Shown here piece after piece: positions 34,221-46,000 of a DNA stretch of 64,000 nt; within the stretch, counting starts at the first letter, position 1, and every line of letters starts with the position of its first letter. Position numbers and translations under genes: made by a program. The stretch is from Hormiphora californensis (lineage: Eukaryota > Animalia > Ctenophora), in assembly GCA_020137815.1 (NCBI GenBank), contig CM035356.1, forward strand, positions 124,001 to 188,000, written 5' to 3'. Under the pieces are notes generated by a model, which saw only the letters and a list, made by a program, of their open reading frames with translations, was not told where the DNA came from and searched no databases.

Positions 34221-34835
34221 GCTGATTTTACTATTGGTATCTCGGTTGCTGCAGTAGTATGGTTGTAACATGCAGCACGTTTAAAACCTACCACCTCTTC
34301 ACAATTCACATGCAACACATTCCCTTAAAAAAGATCTAAAACGCATCAACAAAACACACTTCCAATTTTATCGAAATGGAAGTATTCGACATCTGATCAT
34401 ATATTTCTGAAGTAAGGTACACCTTTGCCCACTAAAGTCGTAGTATCGGTTATATCCAGGAACGGTATCCAGATGCGCCATACAGACTTCGCGTAATTAC
34501 TAGGGATGATAACTTTTCTTCGCAGCTTCACACGGCAGGGAAATTCAGCGTTATGTTATAACATAATGCAAATAATCTTGTTATTTGACGAAATTGGCCA
34601 AGAAACAAAGGCGTAAAGCCCAAACAAGTTTCCGACAAGCTAATAAAAATAGTGTGCAACCCAGGGGGTGACAACTTCAAAAAAACCGACTTTAATATAA
34701 TTCCTGATCATGTGTAATTTTACAGGAACGTCTTCAGTTGTGACAGTACAGTGTGAGGAGGAGGTGGATGAAGGAATCGGGATGTCAGACACTTGCTCCA
34801 AAATATCTGGATAGAGAAGAGGAGAGAGAAAGAGA

Positions 34836-35003
<168 letters not shown>

Positions 35004-35358
35004 AGGACTGTGTGCATGAAAGTTGTACACGATGTTGTGGATCTGACTCTGTGTAACATGCAAAGAAGTTTGCTTTGGTTACACGTCTATTATAAACACA
35101 TACAAGGCTAAAGTTGTAACAACGATAGATAGTACAAAATAATAGTTGACATAATTTAATTCGACAAACACAAAAATTGAGTCATTTAACTTTTATTTAC
35201 GTAAGAAAAGAAAAAAAAGCTCCGCTTTTAAACGCGGTCAATATCACGATGAGGCCTCATGAGGCCTGGTTATGGCTATTCATATTATCTTAGTGGTAGG
35301 TACATAGTGAGTAAGTTTGCATGTCCTCTAAAATACACAGTGACACGCGTCCAACAAT

Positions 35359-38300
35359 TCATTCTTTCATCACGGTTGTGTATGTAGGCTCCTTGTCACC
35401 CCTGACCTCATGGTTATCGTAGATTTCCTCGTCTCCCTCCTCCTCTGAGTAATCAGGTGATTTGGTGCAAGTTGGGGGAAGTGGTGGTGGTAGGGACGGT
35501 ACCTGATCCATTCCACTACCATCTCCATGATAACCTTCTGCTCTGTGATTTGTATAAATCTCATTTATTTCCAGTAGCATTTCAGATCTTGTTTTCCGTT
35601 TGAACACCCCCGCACGAGCCAGGACTACCACTAACAAAGCCAGGAGGGTTGAACCACCAAAAACAGCCCCAACTACGGCCAGAAAGATACTTGTAGTAGC
35701 GGGCCTTACCCCCACAACAGTAGTGATTCTCCCTGCTTTCGTTTCACCGTTATTGTAACTGGTCACATCAACAATTCTGGAGGTGTATTGGACTAGCAGG
35801 GTGAGATTGACAAATGAAGCTGCCTGCTCTACATCAACCTGTGTATCCACGCTGATAATCCGAGAGTTAGCCCCTCCTGATTTTAGATTCCTAACCTCAC
35901 AAGTCAAGTTTACACACTCCCAATCTTTGTCATCCTCCTGACAGTCAACCACGGGCAAGCTGGAGTGCTGCGTACCATTTGAGATTTCCAGGAACTCGTT
36001 TTGTAGATTTCGGTAATTCAGGGTTTCCTCTGTTCCCCTGGTACACGAGAAATCGCCGGTATCAGGACCAGTTATGTTCGATAAGTATATCACCTCTTTC
36101 CCACGGTACATAACTGGATACATGATGTTGACCTCAACCGACGCGACCATGGGACTATCAATGTTGTTAAGAGTTAAATCGAGGGACTGACTTGGACCAA
36201 GACCATACAGAGTTGTGGAGCTCGATTTGTACCCTGAACTGATCAGTCCTGTCATGCTATCTGGTTCGAAGCTGCTTGTTGTGGTAATAGCTGAGAGTTT
36301 CAGTGTTGGAATCTCAAATTGGAGGGTGTTATCAGCTGGGTTGAGTTCCTTTGATCTTTGTGAGGTGAGAGTGACTGTGAAGTTAACCCTCTCCCCATAT
36401 CCTGAAGCTGCGTTTGGCAGTGGCAGATTGAGAACCATCTCCATCTGGTTGGTAGTGGTGGATGTTATTTCACACCACGAAATCGAGGGGTTAGAAGCGC
36501 AGGGACCCTCACAGCCATCACTCAGTGAGACTGCGTAACTATCGGTCGTTATCGCCTCACTGCAGTTGCTCATATTTCGTTGAAGGGATGTGAATGGTAG
36601 GTCAAAGTTTAGGAACTCATTTATGAAGGTCCCTGCTTTTACCTGCACTGTAACTGTAAAGTGAAGCGTCTCCGAGCCGCTTCCAAGATAGAGAGTTGTG
36701 TTGTTAGGAGCAACGAATGAACCTCCTTTCTCCCTGGTGACTGTCCATGTGAGGTCTACAGCAAAATCAGCCTCACACACTTCCTTCCCACACACTCCTA
36801 CAGGCTGTAGAACACGGTCAATACTCACCAGACTATCAGGTACAAATGCAACCTCACGGTGGCTCGGTATTGGATGGTGACGGAATGAGAATGTAATGTT
36901 AATAGGAGACATGTCAAATTCTCGGGCAGTCACGTATCGATCAAAGGTAACATTCCTACACATCACCACGTTAGTAATGATCCTCTCAAACTGTGTCTCA
37001 CTGGCGGTTATGTTAGCGTGACGGGATACCCAGCTGACTGTGATATTAGCAGCAGTATTCTGCTCAGAGTGACTCAAACACACAGAGCAAGTGAAGGCCG
37101 TGGAAGCCCCATCGAGATCGTAGCTAGCTGGACACGTTAACTCTGGAATAAGTGACGTGACGGGGAGAAAACTGTAGATTGAGATGAAATCGATACCCGA
37201 GATAGCTATCTGTGAAGATGTAACTGCAATGTCAAGTCCGAAAGACTCGATATTTTCTTCTGTGACCACCTGTACAGCTGTATCTGCAATACCCTCCCCA
37301 GTAGCAAGGTATATGCTGACTGAACTGGAAAATGACGAGGCAACCGCTATATCAGAATAACCGTTACCGTCCTGGTCTTGGATATTTGCCAAGGTAGCTC
37401 CAAACATACCACAAATACCACTCACAATCCGGTTATGTTCAAATGAACCACCTGCCGAGAGCCGGTACACATGCACCACACCACAGTCCAAAACAGAGCC
37501 CACTTTTGTGGAGGGTGCCGAGATGAGAAGCTCCAGGATGGTGTTGGCATCTTTCCAAAAGAGTAATGCCGAACCGAAACCGTCAAATAGGTTTGGTGAT
37601 GTCAATGTGACGAGGATTGTTCCCACTTTTTGTATAGAAACAGTTCCACCCAGAATGTCAGACGTCTGTAATCTTCCTGAAACACACAATTTGATATTTA
37701 GTTGAAGTTCTGTCAGGCCAATGCTCTGACCACAGTTCTCGTGCACTCCGAAACGAGAATGGGTCAGGACAATGCTCTGACAGTTGAAGTTAGAAATATA
37801 AAGTTGAAAACATGGCCATTTCATACCTGACGTTGCTTCATATAAAACCCCAGAGAAAAGGATGGAGTGGTATGATGCCAGCCCTAATGATGTTATGGAG
37901 CTGTTTCCTCCTGTATCCATCTCCATGGTACCCTCCCTCCAGACTGCTCCTTCATAAAGCATCCCACTATCGTCCAACTTGTACCCGGGTGAAGTTAATG
38001 TTATCCTTCCCTCTGCATTATACCCTCCTTCAACACCCAGCAGACATGTATTACTCGCACTGTACTCTTTCGCCTTGTCGTTGGACGAGATACCCGTGTA
38101 AAACTCAATCCACGCTGATAGGAAGTTCTGGATTTTGATTTTCCTGACATCTGCGAGGCCGGTTTGCAGTGCAAACGAATACTCTTGTTTACAGTATCCA
38201 ATCACATAACTATTTGTAATATCTAGAACTAGATTATCTTGGTCACAAGACCCGCTCTTCGTCTGTGAATTATAGTCGTACGCTGCCACAAAAGTTCCAG

Positions 38301-39032
38301 CTGCACTATCAAATGTGATGGTGAGAGTTCTTGTTACAGAATTTCCCACCACCTCTACTTTTCCCTGAGACGTGCCGGTATGCCGGAGTTGAACACATGC
38401 TGTAGTTGTATCCCCATACTCCAGTGTCACCCCTGATCCTACCTCCTGCCAATTGGTCCGGTCACAATACGATATTTTGGATTGGATTCCACCCCCTGTC
38501 GATACCTCATAACACCTCCCCCGGGTGTTGATCACATTTTTACCAGACATTGCACAAAAGTTTATCTCGTGCCGAAAGCGTGGTGCACAGACTAGGAGCT
38601 TGCTCTCATCGGGGGAGAGTGACACAAGGAGTCCTAGATTCTGGAATGTTGTATCCTCATACTTTGAAGGAGATGGGATTGAGTTGATTGTAGAGCATGT
38701 GTCAGTGTGGTTTAGTGTTTCTCCACGACCTACAAAATATAAAATGTCAGCAATTCGATTAGATTTTTATCCAATTATGAATTGTCACTTGTTCTAGTGC
38801 TCTCCCTCTAAATTCTGCAGCTTTATTCACCTGGTAGAGAACAGTTGAACACTGCACCATGGGCGTTCCCTTCCATGGGATCTCCGACAAACACTGCCTT
38901 ATCTCCTAGCGATATGCTCGCCCCAAATCCTCCAAGACCTGAACCCACAATTCTTGAATTTTGACTCTCCTCCGTTGCAATATTGAAGGCGATAGAGGAG
39001 GCCGGAAAAAAGAACAGCAAAAGCAAAGCCAT
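35359..39032 (-). CDS. Integrin alpha subunit, ~1190 aa; exons 39032-38831 and 38729-35359
   Basis: Signal peptide ending AFNI, FG-GAP repeats (FGASI..VGDP, LVCAPR, ISAP), DQDGNGYSDIAV calcium loop, TM helix followed by GVFKR (GFFKR variant). Confidence 0.92.
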
Positions 39033-39805
39033 GGCAGGCAAATTGGTATATTGAGTAGTTACGAACCGTTGCACACAACCTTCACAATAGGAACTAACAA
39101 CTACCCAGGGGCCTGAGGTTATTTCTAGTTCATCGTATATTATATATAACTTCCGCGGTATCTACTCAGTGTAAACCCAACTTCTTGAAACCAGAATGAG
39201 AAACGTTGAATTTGCGATCTTCCGAATTTAGATAAACACATCGCATGACTCGTCAGACCTGATTCCCGATTCAATCATCTACTTTTAGACGGGAAAGAAT
39301 CCTTATTCCTCTCCACCGAATACATCTGTCTGTTTTCAGTAATCAGTTTTGAATTGGGCGTCCGGCGTGTGTGTCAACTGTCACACAAATTGATCTGGTT
39401 TCATGTCTATTAACGGATGGCGCGAGTACTCCCAGATAGATACATCCGCGCGTTTTGAACCATGCTGCGCGCGGAGGATGGTAGTTGGACTTTTGGCGCT
39501 GACAAGGACATCCGATACATTTCAGTGTAAAGTCGGATTTTTTTAAACTGTCACCCCCCTGAAATAACAAAATTTGTCATATCTCCGGTTCCTGATAAGA
39601 TAGAGACTTGAAATTTGGAGGTTCGGAAGAACTTAGCAAGATCTTCGTAATCTCCAAATTTCAAGTCTCTATCTCATTGCATCAGGAACCGGACTTATGG
39701 TCATTTAAAGAAATTTGAAAACTCTAAAAAACGACAGTTATTTAAAATCCGACTTTAGCGTTTTCGGTGAGCATCTGATAATAGCTGAAATAATACAGTC
39801 AGCTG

Positions 39806-39951
39806 TCAGACCCCGATTTACCAGGAGGATAAATTCGCCCCGATACAGGAAATTAACGGTATTTGACCCCGATATACCGGGCACCCCGATTTACCGGGCA
39901 AAACCCTTTCCAGTTCCCCCAGAGCATCCCGGTAAATCGGGGTCCGACTGT
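39806..39951. mobile_element. Short TIR element (Tc1/pogo-like MITE); similar end near 63980
   Basis: GTCAGACCCCGATTTACC / GGTAAATCGGGGTCCGACTG inverted ends. Confidence 0.7.
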
Positions 39952-40058
39952 ATAGTGTAAAAGTAAAAACAATTGGTTACTTCAATGGCGATAAATAAAA
40001 AGGACAAATTATGGCACTCAGACGCACAGCTGATAATAAAATATGTTAATATGAAACA

Positions 40059-43000
40059 CTAATCAGAGACTGATACCTCACGTTTTTTGTGCTTCTTTTT
40101 CTCTTTTTTGTGCTTTTTAGACTTAATGCTACCCTCCAATTCTCTAATTTTACTTTTAAGATTTTCAGATTTCGATGTCTGTTCATTATCGCTACTCTCA
40201 CTTCGTCGCCTCTGCTTCTTTTCTCTCCTTCCCTCTTTTTTGGAGTCTCTCTCAGTTTTCTCTCTTCTCTCATCGCTGTCCTTGTGACGATCCCTTCTCT
40301 CCTCCTGATCACGAGGTCTATCTTCTCGTCTCCTGTACTCTCTTGATCGGTCGTCGCTTTCTTTCTACCTTTCTTTCATATCGCCTTTTATCATCCCGAC
40401 TTCGATCTCTCCTGTCTTCATTTCTCGTCCTCTCATTCCTGCCACCATCTCTATCCCTCCGATTATCATCATCGTCTCTTCTATCATCATACCGTGGTCT
40501 TCTTTCCTCTCTCCTCCCTTCATGACCTCTTTCATCACGGCGGCGATCACTCGATCCATCTCCTCTCCTACCACCCATTATATCGTCACTGTTGCCTCTT
40601 CTCATCGTATCTACCCCTTCCTCCCCTTCTCTCGCCTCGACCCCCACCTCCTCGGCCACTACCTCCTCGGCCCCTACCTCCTCGTCCCCTCCTCTCACCA
40701 TCCTCTTCCGTTTTCCCGTTAAACTTCATCTGATTCTTGGTGTTCCTACTAAAGTAAAGCTTGGAAACACTCTGTGAGAAATCCACGTGAATCCTCCGCT
40801 CATCAATCAACACATTGTCCATTTTAAAGTAGGCCGATTCGCAATCTTCCACGTTGGAAAACTCGATAAAGGCGTAACAGAGCGAGTCACCAGTTTTCCA
40901 ATCTCTGATAACTTCACACGATCTGAAACATAGAGAGACAAAGTTAGCTGGCAATTAAAAATTATTCATTATTCTGAAAGGGAAGGGAGGGCCTTAAAGT
41001 TTTTCCGGAAAACGTGAGATATTCTCAAATTAGGCTACTTTCAGAGAGGTTAGCGGTTGGAAATTACCCCTACCTTGCGGGCACGCCTTACTACCGCGAT
41101 GCATTAGTTACGAGTGGTAATTTCGTTACCAAGGTTAGCGGTTAACCCTTTCTCTCTAACTTAGAGTCTAGAAACAGGTGCGAGTGTGTTACTTACTCGA
41201 TAGTACCAAATCTGGAGAATATTATTTCCATATCGTCTGATGTGGTGACGGGGTTCAGTTTACACACAAAGAGGACATTCTCAGGAGGCTTCATGTCAGC
41301 ATCCGGTAAATCACCTGATAGAAAAGTAAACTAATAATAATAATAATAATATTCATACTTATATCCTGCCCATATTCTACAGGGACAGCAGAGCTTTACA
41401 GATGCTGCCACTGGAGGAAACTCAGAGCAGTTAACTAACTCTTAACCCAAATATAGAGACTCAAACAAAAAACGGTGGAAAAAATCCAAATTATCCGGAT
41501 CACATAAGTGGAAAACAGATTAGGCTCATAACAGACCAAAATAGAAAAAACTCGAAAAAAGGCCACAGGATATATGTCACCACTGTCACTTCATCACTCC
41601 AAATATAGACACAGATCAAATGTTCAGACAACAGATTCTGAACAACTGGATAACTGAAAATCGGAATAAAATTACACACTCGTGCTTCACTCATGCTGCA
41701 AACCCATCGAATAAAGATCAGTTAAAAACTTGTCACGAGGTAAGATACAGACCTAAGTACAATACTTACGCTAGACAGTACAGCGTGATGGGAGGAGTAG
41801 GTACCGAGAAAAGATGTAGGCTGGAAAAAGGAAAAACAACCGGAACTAGCCTGATCCAAAGGCATCCACAAACAATCTTGTCTTTAACCCCGTTTTGAAA
41901 GATTCCACAGCCGGCCGAGATCGCAACTCAAGGGGGAGTGCATTCCACAGATCTGGCAGGAGAACAGATGGTCTCCTTTTCCTCAGTTTAGAATTTGCAT
42001 TAATGCTCGACAGCTTCGGGTACTGGAGCTTATAAGGGTCTGGAACAGCAGTCGATCTGGTACGGCAAGTAACATCAACGATATCTGTAGGTATTTGCTC
42101 AATGAGGTAATCTGGAGCACTTCCATGTACAATCTTATAGGCCATGAGACAGGCCTTAAAGATCACCCGTTGCTCCACAGGGAGAATGTGGGTTTCTCTC
42201 ATGTAAGGGAGGTAGTCCTCTTGATGACCGTGGAGTCCATAGATAAACCTTATACAAGAGTTGAGCACTTTCTGTAACCGAGAGATGAGCTTCATTGGCA
42301 AACCTCCGTAGAGGACATTGCAATAATCCAAGCGGGATATAACCAGCTGCTTAACAAGAAGGATTCTGGTAGAGAAGTCCAGGCATCGGTGGACTTGCCA
42401 TAAGTTCCTCAGTAGCATTCCACAGTTTCTTCTGACACTGTTCACCTGACGTTCCAATGTCAGGTTCTCATCCATATAAATACCCAGAGTCTTTCCGGTA
42501 GTACCTGTGAAGTCAACTGGGTAGATATCTGCATCCCCAAACCTAATACAGGGCTCAAAAGCCAGCTTGTCAATGGCACTGCTCTTCCCTAGAAGAAGGA
42601 GCTCCGTCTTCGACTCATTACACTTCAGCCAATGCTGAACCATCCAAGTCTTGATCTGATCAAGACACTCTTCAACTTTCCTCCTCGTGATACTCCATCC
42701 ACTTTCATCAAGAGGGACTAGACTCACATAGATTTGAGAGTCATCCGCATAGAGTTTGATTTTGAGTCCATACTTGTGTACCAGATCCTGTAGTTCCTCA
42801 ACATATAAAAGAAACAAAACCGGTCCGAGAAGGGACCCTTGTGGCACTCCACAGATCAAGTAGATAATCTTCGATAGTTCTCCTCTAACGTTGACTCTGA
42901 AGTTCCTCAGTCCAAGATAGCTAGTAAACCACTTGAGTGCTGTTCCTCTTATTCCAAATCTCCTTCTCAAAACATCCACAAGTTTAGCATGGTCAACCGT

Positions 43001-46000
43001 GTCGAACGCTGCACTCATGTCCAAAAGGAGTAGAGCTACAACATTTCCCTTATCCATCTCCTGCAGTAGATCATCAAACATCCCCATGAGTAGAGTTTCA
43101 CAGGAATGACCAACTCTATATCCTGACTGGTGAGAGTTGAGTAGGTCATTTTCATTCAGAGCCTGATTCAGTTGATCAAGGACAACTTTCTCTAGAACCT
43201 TAGAGACAAAGGGAAGGTTAGACACCGGACGGTAGTTGGAAAGGCTATCACGATCACCATAGGGGTTCTTGATGGTTGGAAAAACCAGTGCTTGCTGGAA
43301 CAATTCTGGAACAATACCTTGACGGATAGAAGAATTGATAATCTTAGTAAAGAGTGGAGCAAAAACGTCCACGCACTCTTTGATCAACCATGTCGGTATA
43401 AGATCAAGATCACACGTTTTATCCGACATATTCTTAATGATCCTCTTCATCTCATCCTCAGAGACTTCCCTGAATTCCTCAAGAATACAATCCTTATCCA
43501 GGTCCACAAGAGAGTCCACATCCTCCGCAGGAAAGTCCACATCTGCCTTCACTGAGTTCCTGATTTTTTCCACTTTTCCAGTAAAGAAGTCCGCAAAATC
43601 CTCGGCTAGTTTACGATCACAATCCACATCCGGCAACAACACCTCACTGTTTCCAAGTAGTCGATTTAGTTTCCTCTGTAACGCTTTGGAATCCCCTTTT
43701 GATTCTTCAAGATCTTCTTTCAGATAGTTAGTCCTCGCTTCCTTATCAACTCTACTAAACATCTTCTTCATCACGTTATACTGCATCTTCGTAACAGGTG
43801 TCTTCTTGCTTCTCCAAGCCCTCTCCGCAGTCCGACGTCTTCTTAGCGCATCCCTGACATCATCATTGTCTCTCCACGGGCGAACCTTTTTCACTTTCTT
43901 TCTTCTCTTCAAAGGGACAAAACTATCCACTAACTCCTTCATTTCTCTTTCATAGATCTCAAACAAATCATCTGGGGAATCCAAATCAAACCGTCCCTCA
44001 AGGCCACTTCCTCTGAGGGCCTTCATGAACAATACCGGGTCCACTGATTTAAAGTCTCTGTAGGTGTTAACTCGATCCCGTTGCTGTAGGTTTCCAACCT
44101 TAGTCTCCAGTACGACTTCACTCAGAACAAGAAAATGGTCAGACTCTGTTCCCTCAGGATGTATTTCCACAGATTTAACTTTCTCCTCTACCTCCTTTGG
44201 ACATATAACCAGGTCAAGAGTACCTCCACGGTTGTGAGTTGGTTGCCTGGGGACAAGCTGAGAAAACTCATGTGAGTCCAGGAGTTCAGCAAGCTTCTTA
44301 GTGTAGAAGTTGTCCCTATCCTGCCATTGAAAGTTAAAGTCTCCCATAATAAGGGGAAGACCAGTCTTCAATACTAGCTCCGAGAGATAGTCTGTGAATT
44401 CCTCTAGGAACTTCGCTTCAGTGAACCTAGCTTTACCGGTATAGGGCGGTCTGTAAACATTACATATCCGAGTAAGGTCCATTCCTTTACCAATTAAAAT
44501 CTCCTGAATCTGGAACGATTTAAATTTCCTCACTGGTGGTAGTTTCATCTTAACTCCATCCCTGTAGAGTATCCCAATACCGCCTCCTGCCCTCTCCGCC
44601 CTAGGGGATGAGAAAATATTCCAGCCATAGTCTCTTATCTCCTGAAGTTTCGCGGTATCACTAGTCTTCAAGTAGGTTTCCTGAATCAGACAGATATCAC
44701 ATTCCATGTCTTCAAGATGCGCTATAACCCCAGACGTTTTATTCATTATCGAGTGCACATTTAGTGTGCCAACACGCCACGTCTCTTTACCTTCAGTTCC
44801 TCCCACGCCCTCGTCAGATAAGCGTTTTTTCTCTCCTTACTGACACCACTTGTGTTTTCCATCAGTCTTCCTCGAGCATTAACATAATGCGGACACAAGT
44901 TACTTGATGCTGGATGGGATTTCGCATACTTCTTGTCATCCTTACTACCTCCAACATCACAGTTTACACACTTCATCCGATTGAGTTCATTCCCACTCTT
45001 CGCCTTACATTGTCTGGTGTCATGATCTCCTGCACAGAAGGCACAGGTGGCGCTTTTATCTTTACTCGGACAATAGACAGATCCAGCTACATGTCCATAA
45101 CGCTGGCAGTGGAAACACTGAGTAACGTAGAATCTGTCCTTCACAATGTGCTGTCTTAACTTCAGGAAAATCCTATCTCGATTATCAGCAATGGCTTCTC
45201 GTATATCAGGTGTAACCTTGAGCACCGCATACCTCCCAGCAGTGTTAACATGAATGACACTGACAGCCTGCCCAGACTCATATAGCCTCTTCACCACTTC
45301 ATTCTTATCACTCAAGATGGCGTCCAATAGCACCTCTTTGTTCAACAGGTCATGGTCCAGATCGGAAATCAATACCCGAGGATCCATCTTCTTCTGCTTC
45401 TCAACAAACGGAGTAACATTCCAGAAACGGGGACAGCACTTTCTCTGCTTCTTTGAGGTCGTCATCAGTTGCAAAAAACAACTGAGTGCCCTTCCTGTTC
45501 ACCGAAGTGTCCAAGACGGGGATGTTCTTCAGAGCTTTCACGACCTTCGGTTTCACTACCATTTTCCACTTCTCCTCACACATTGGTGTCACTCCTTCCT
45601 CATTGCTGTCTTTGATGCTCATATACCGTTTCACAGGGGTAGCTGGTGCAGCTTTCTTCTCCTGCTGACCAGAACTACACGTTACTTCACTCTCCTCTCG
45701 GTTCTTCTTCAATATCTCATTGACTACTGGGGCCATGAGTCCAGGTAGGCTATCCATCAACTCTTGCTTCAGTTTTGAGAAACCATCCTTCAGATCATCA
45801 CTTGAAATCGAGACTCCAGAATCTGACGATGGTGTAGGACACCGGGAACTGTCCGGAAGCATCCGGTAACACATAATCAACATCTGCCAAAGATCCTTCT
45901 TCGTAGGTCCACCTGGAGCATCCATAGGCTCACCCGGGGTACCAGCATCCTCCTCCAATTTCTTCCACACTGTACTGCCTTTACATTTGTCAGAGAAGCT

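Noticed and set aside
40059-40620. Programmed frameshifting in the PPIL4 tail
   Set aside because: Two frame changes in low-complexity purine-rich sequence are more simply sequencing indels; needs a read check.
45401-45474. LINE with three ORFs
   Set aside because: Removing one base joins the two ORF1 parts seamlessly; mutation or assembly error.
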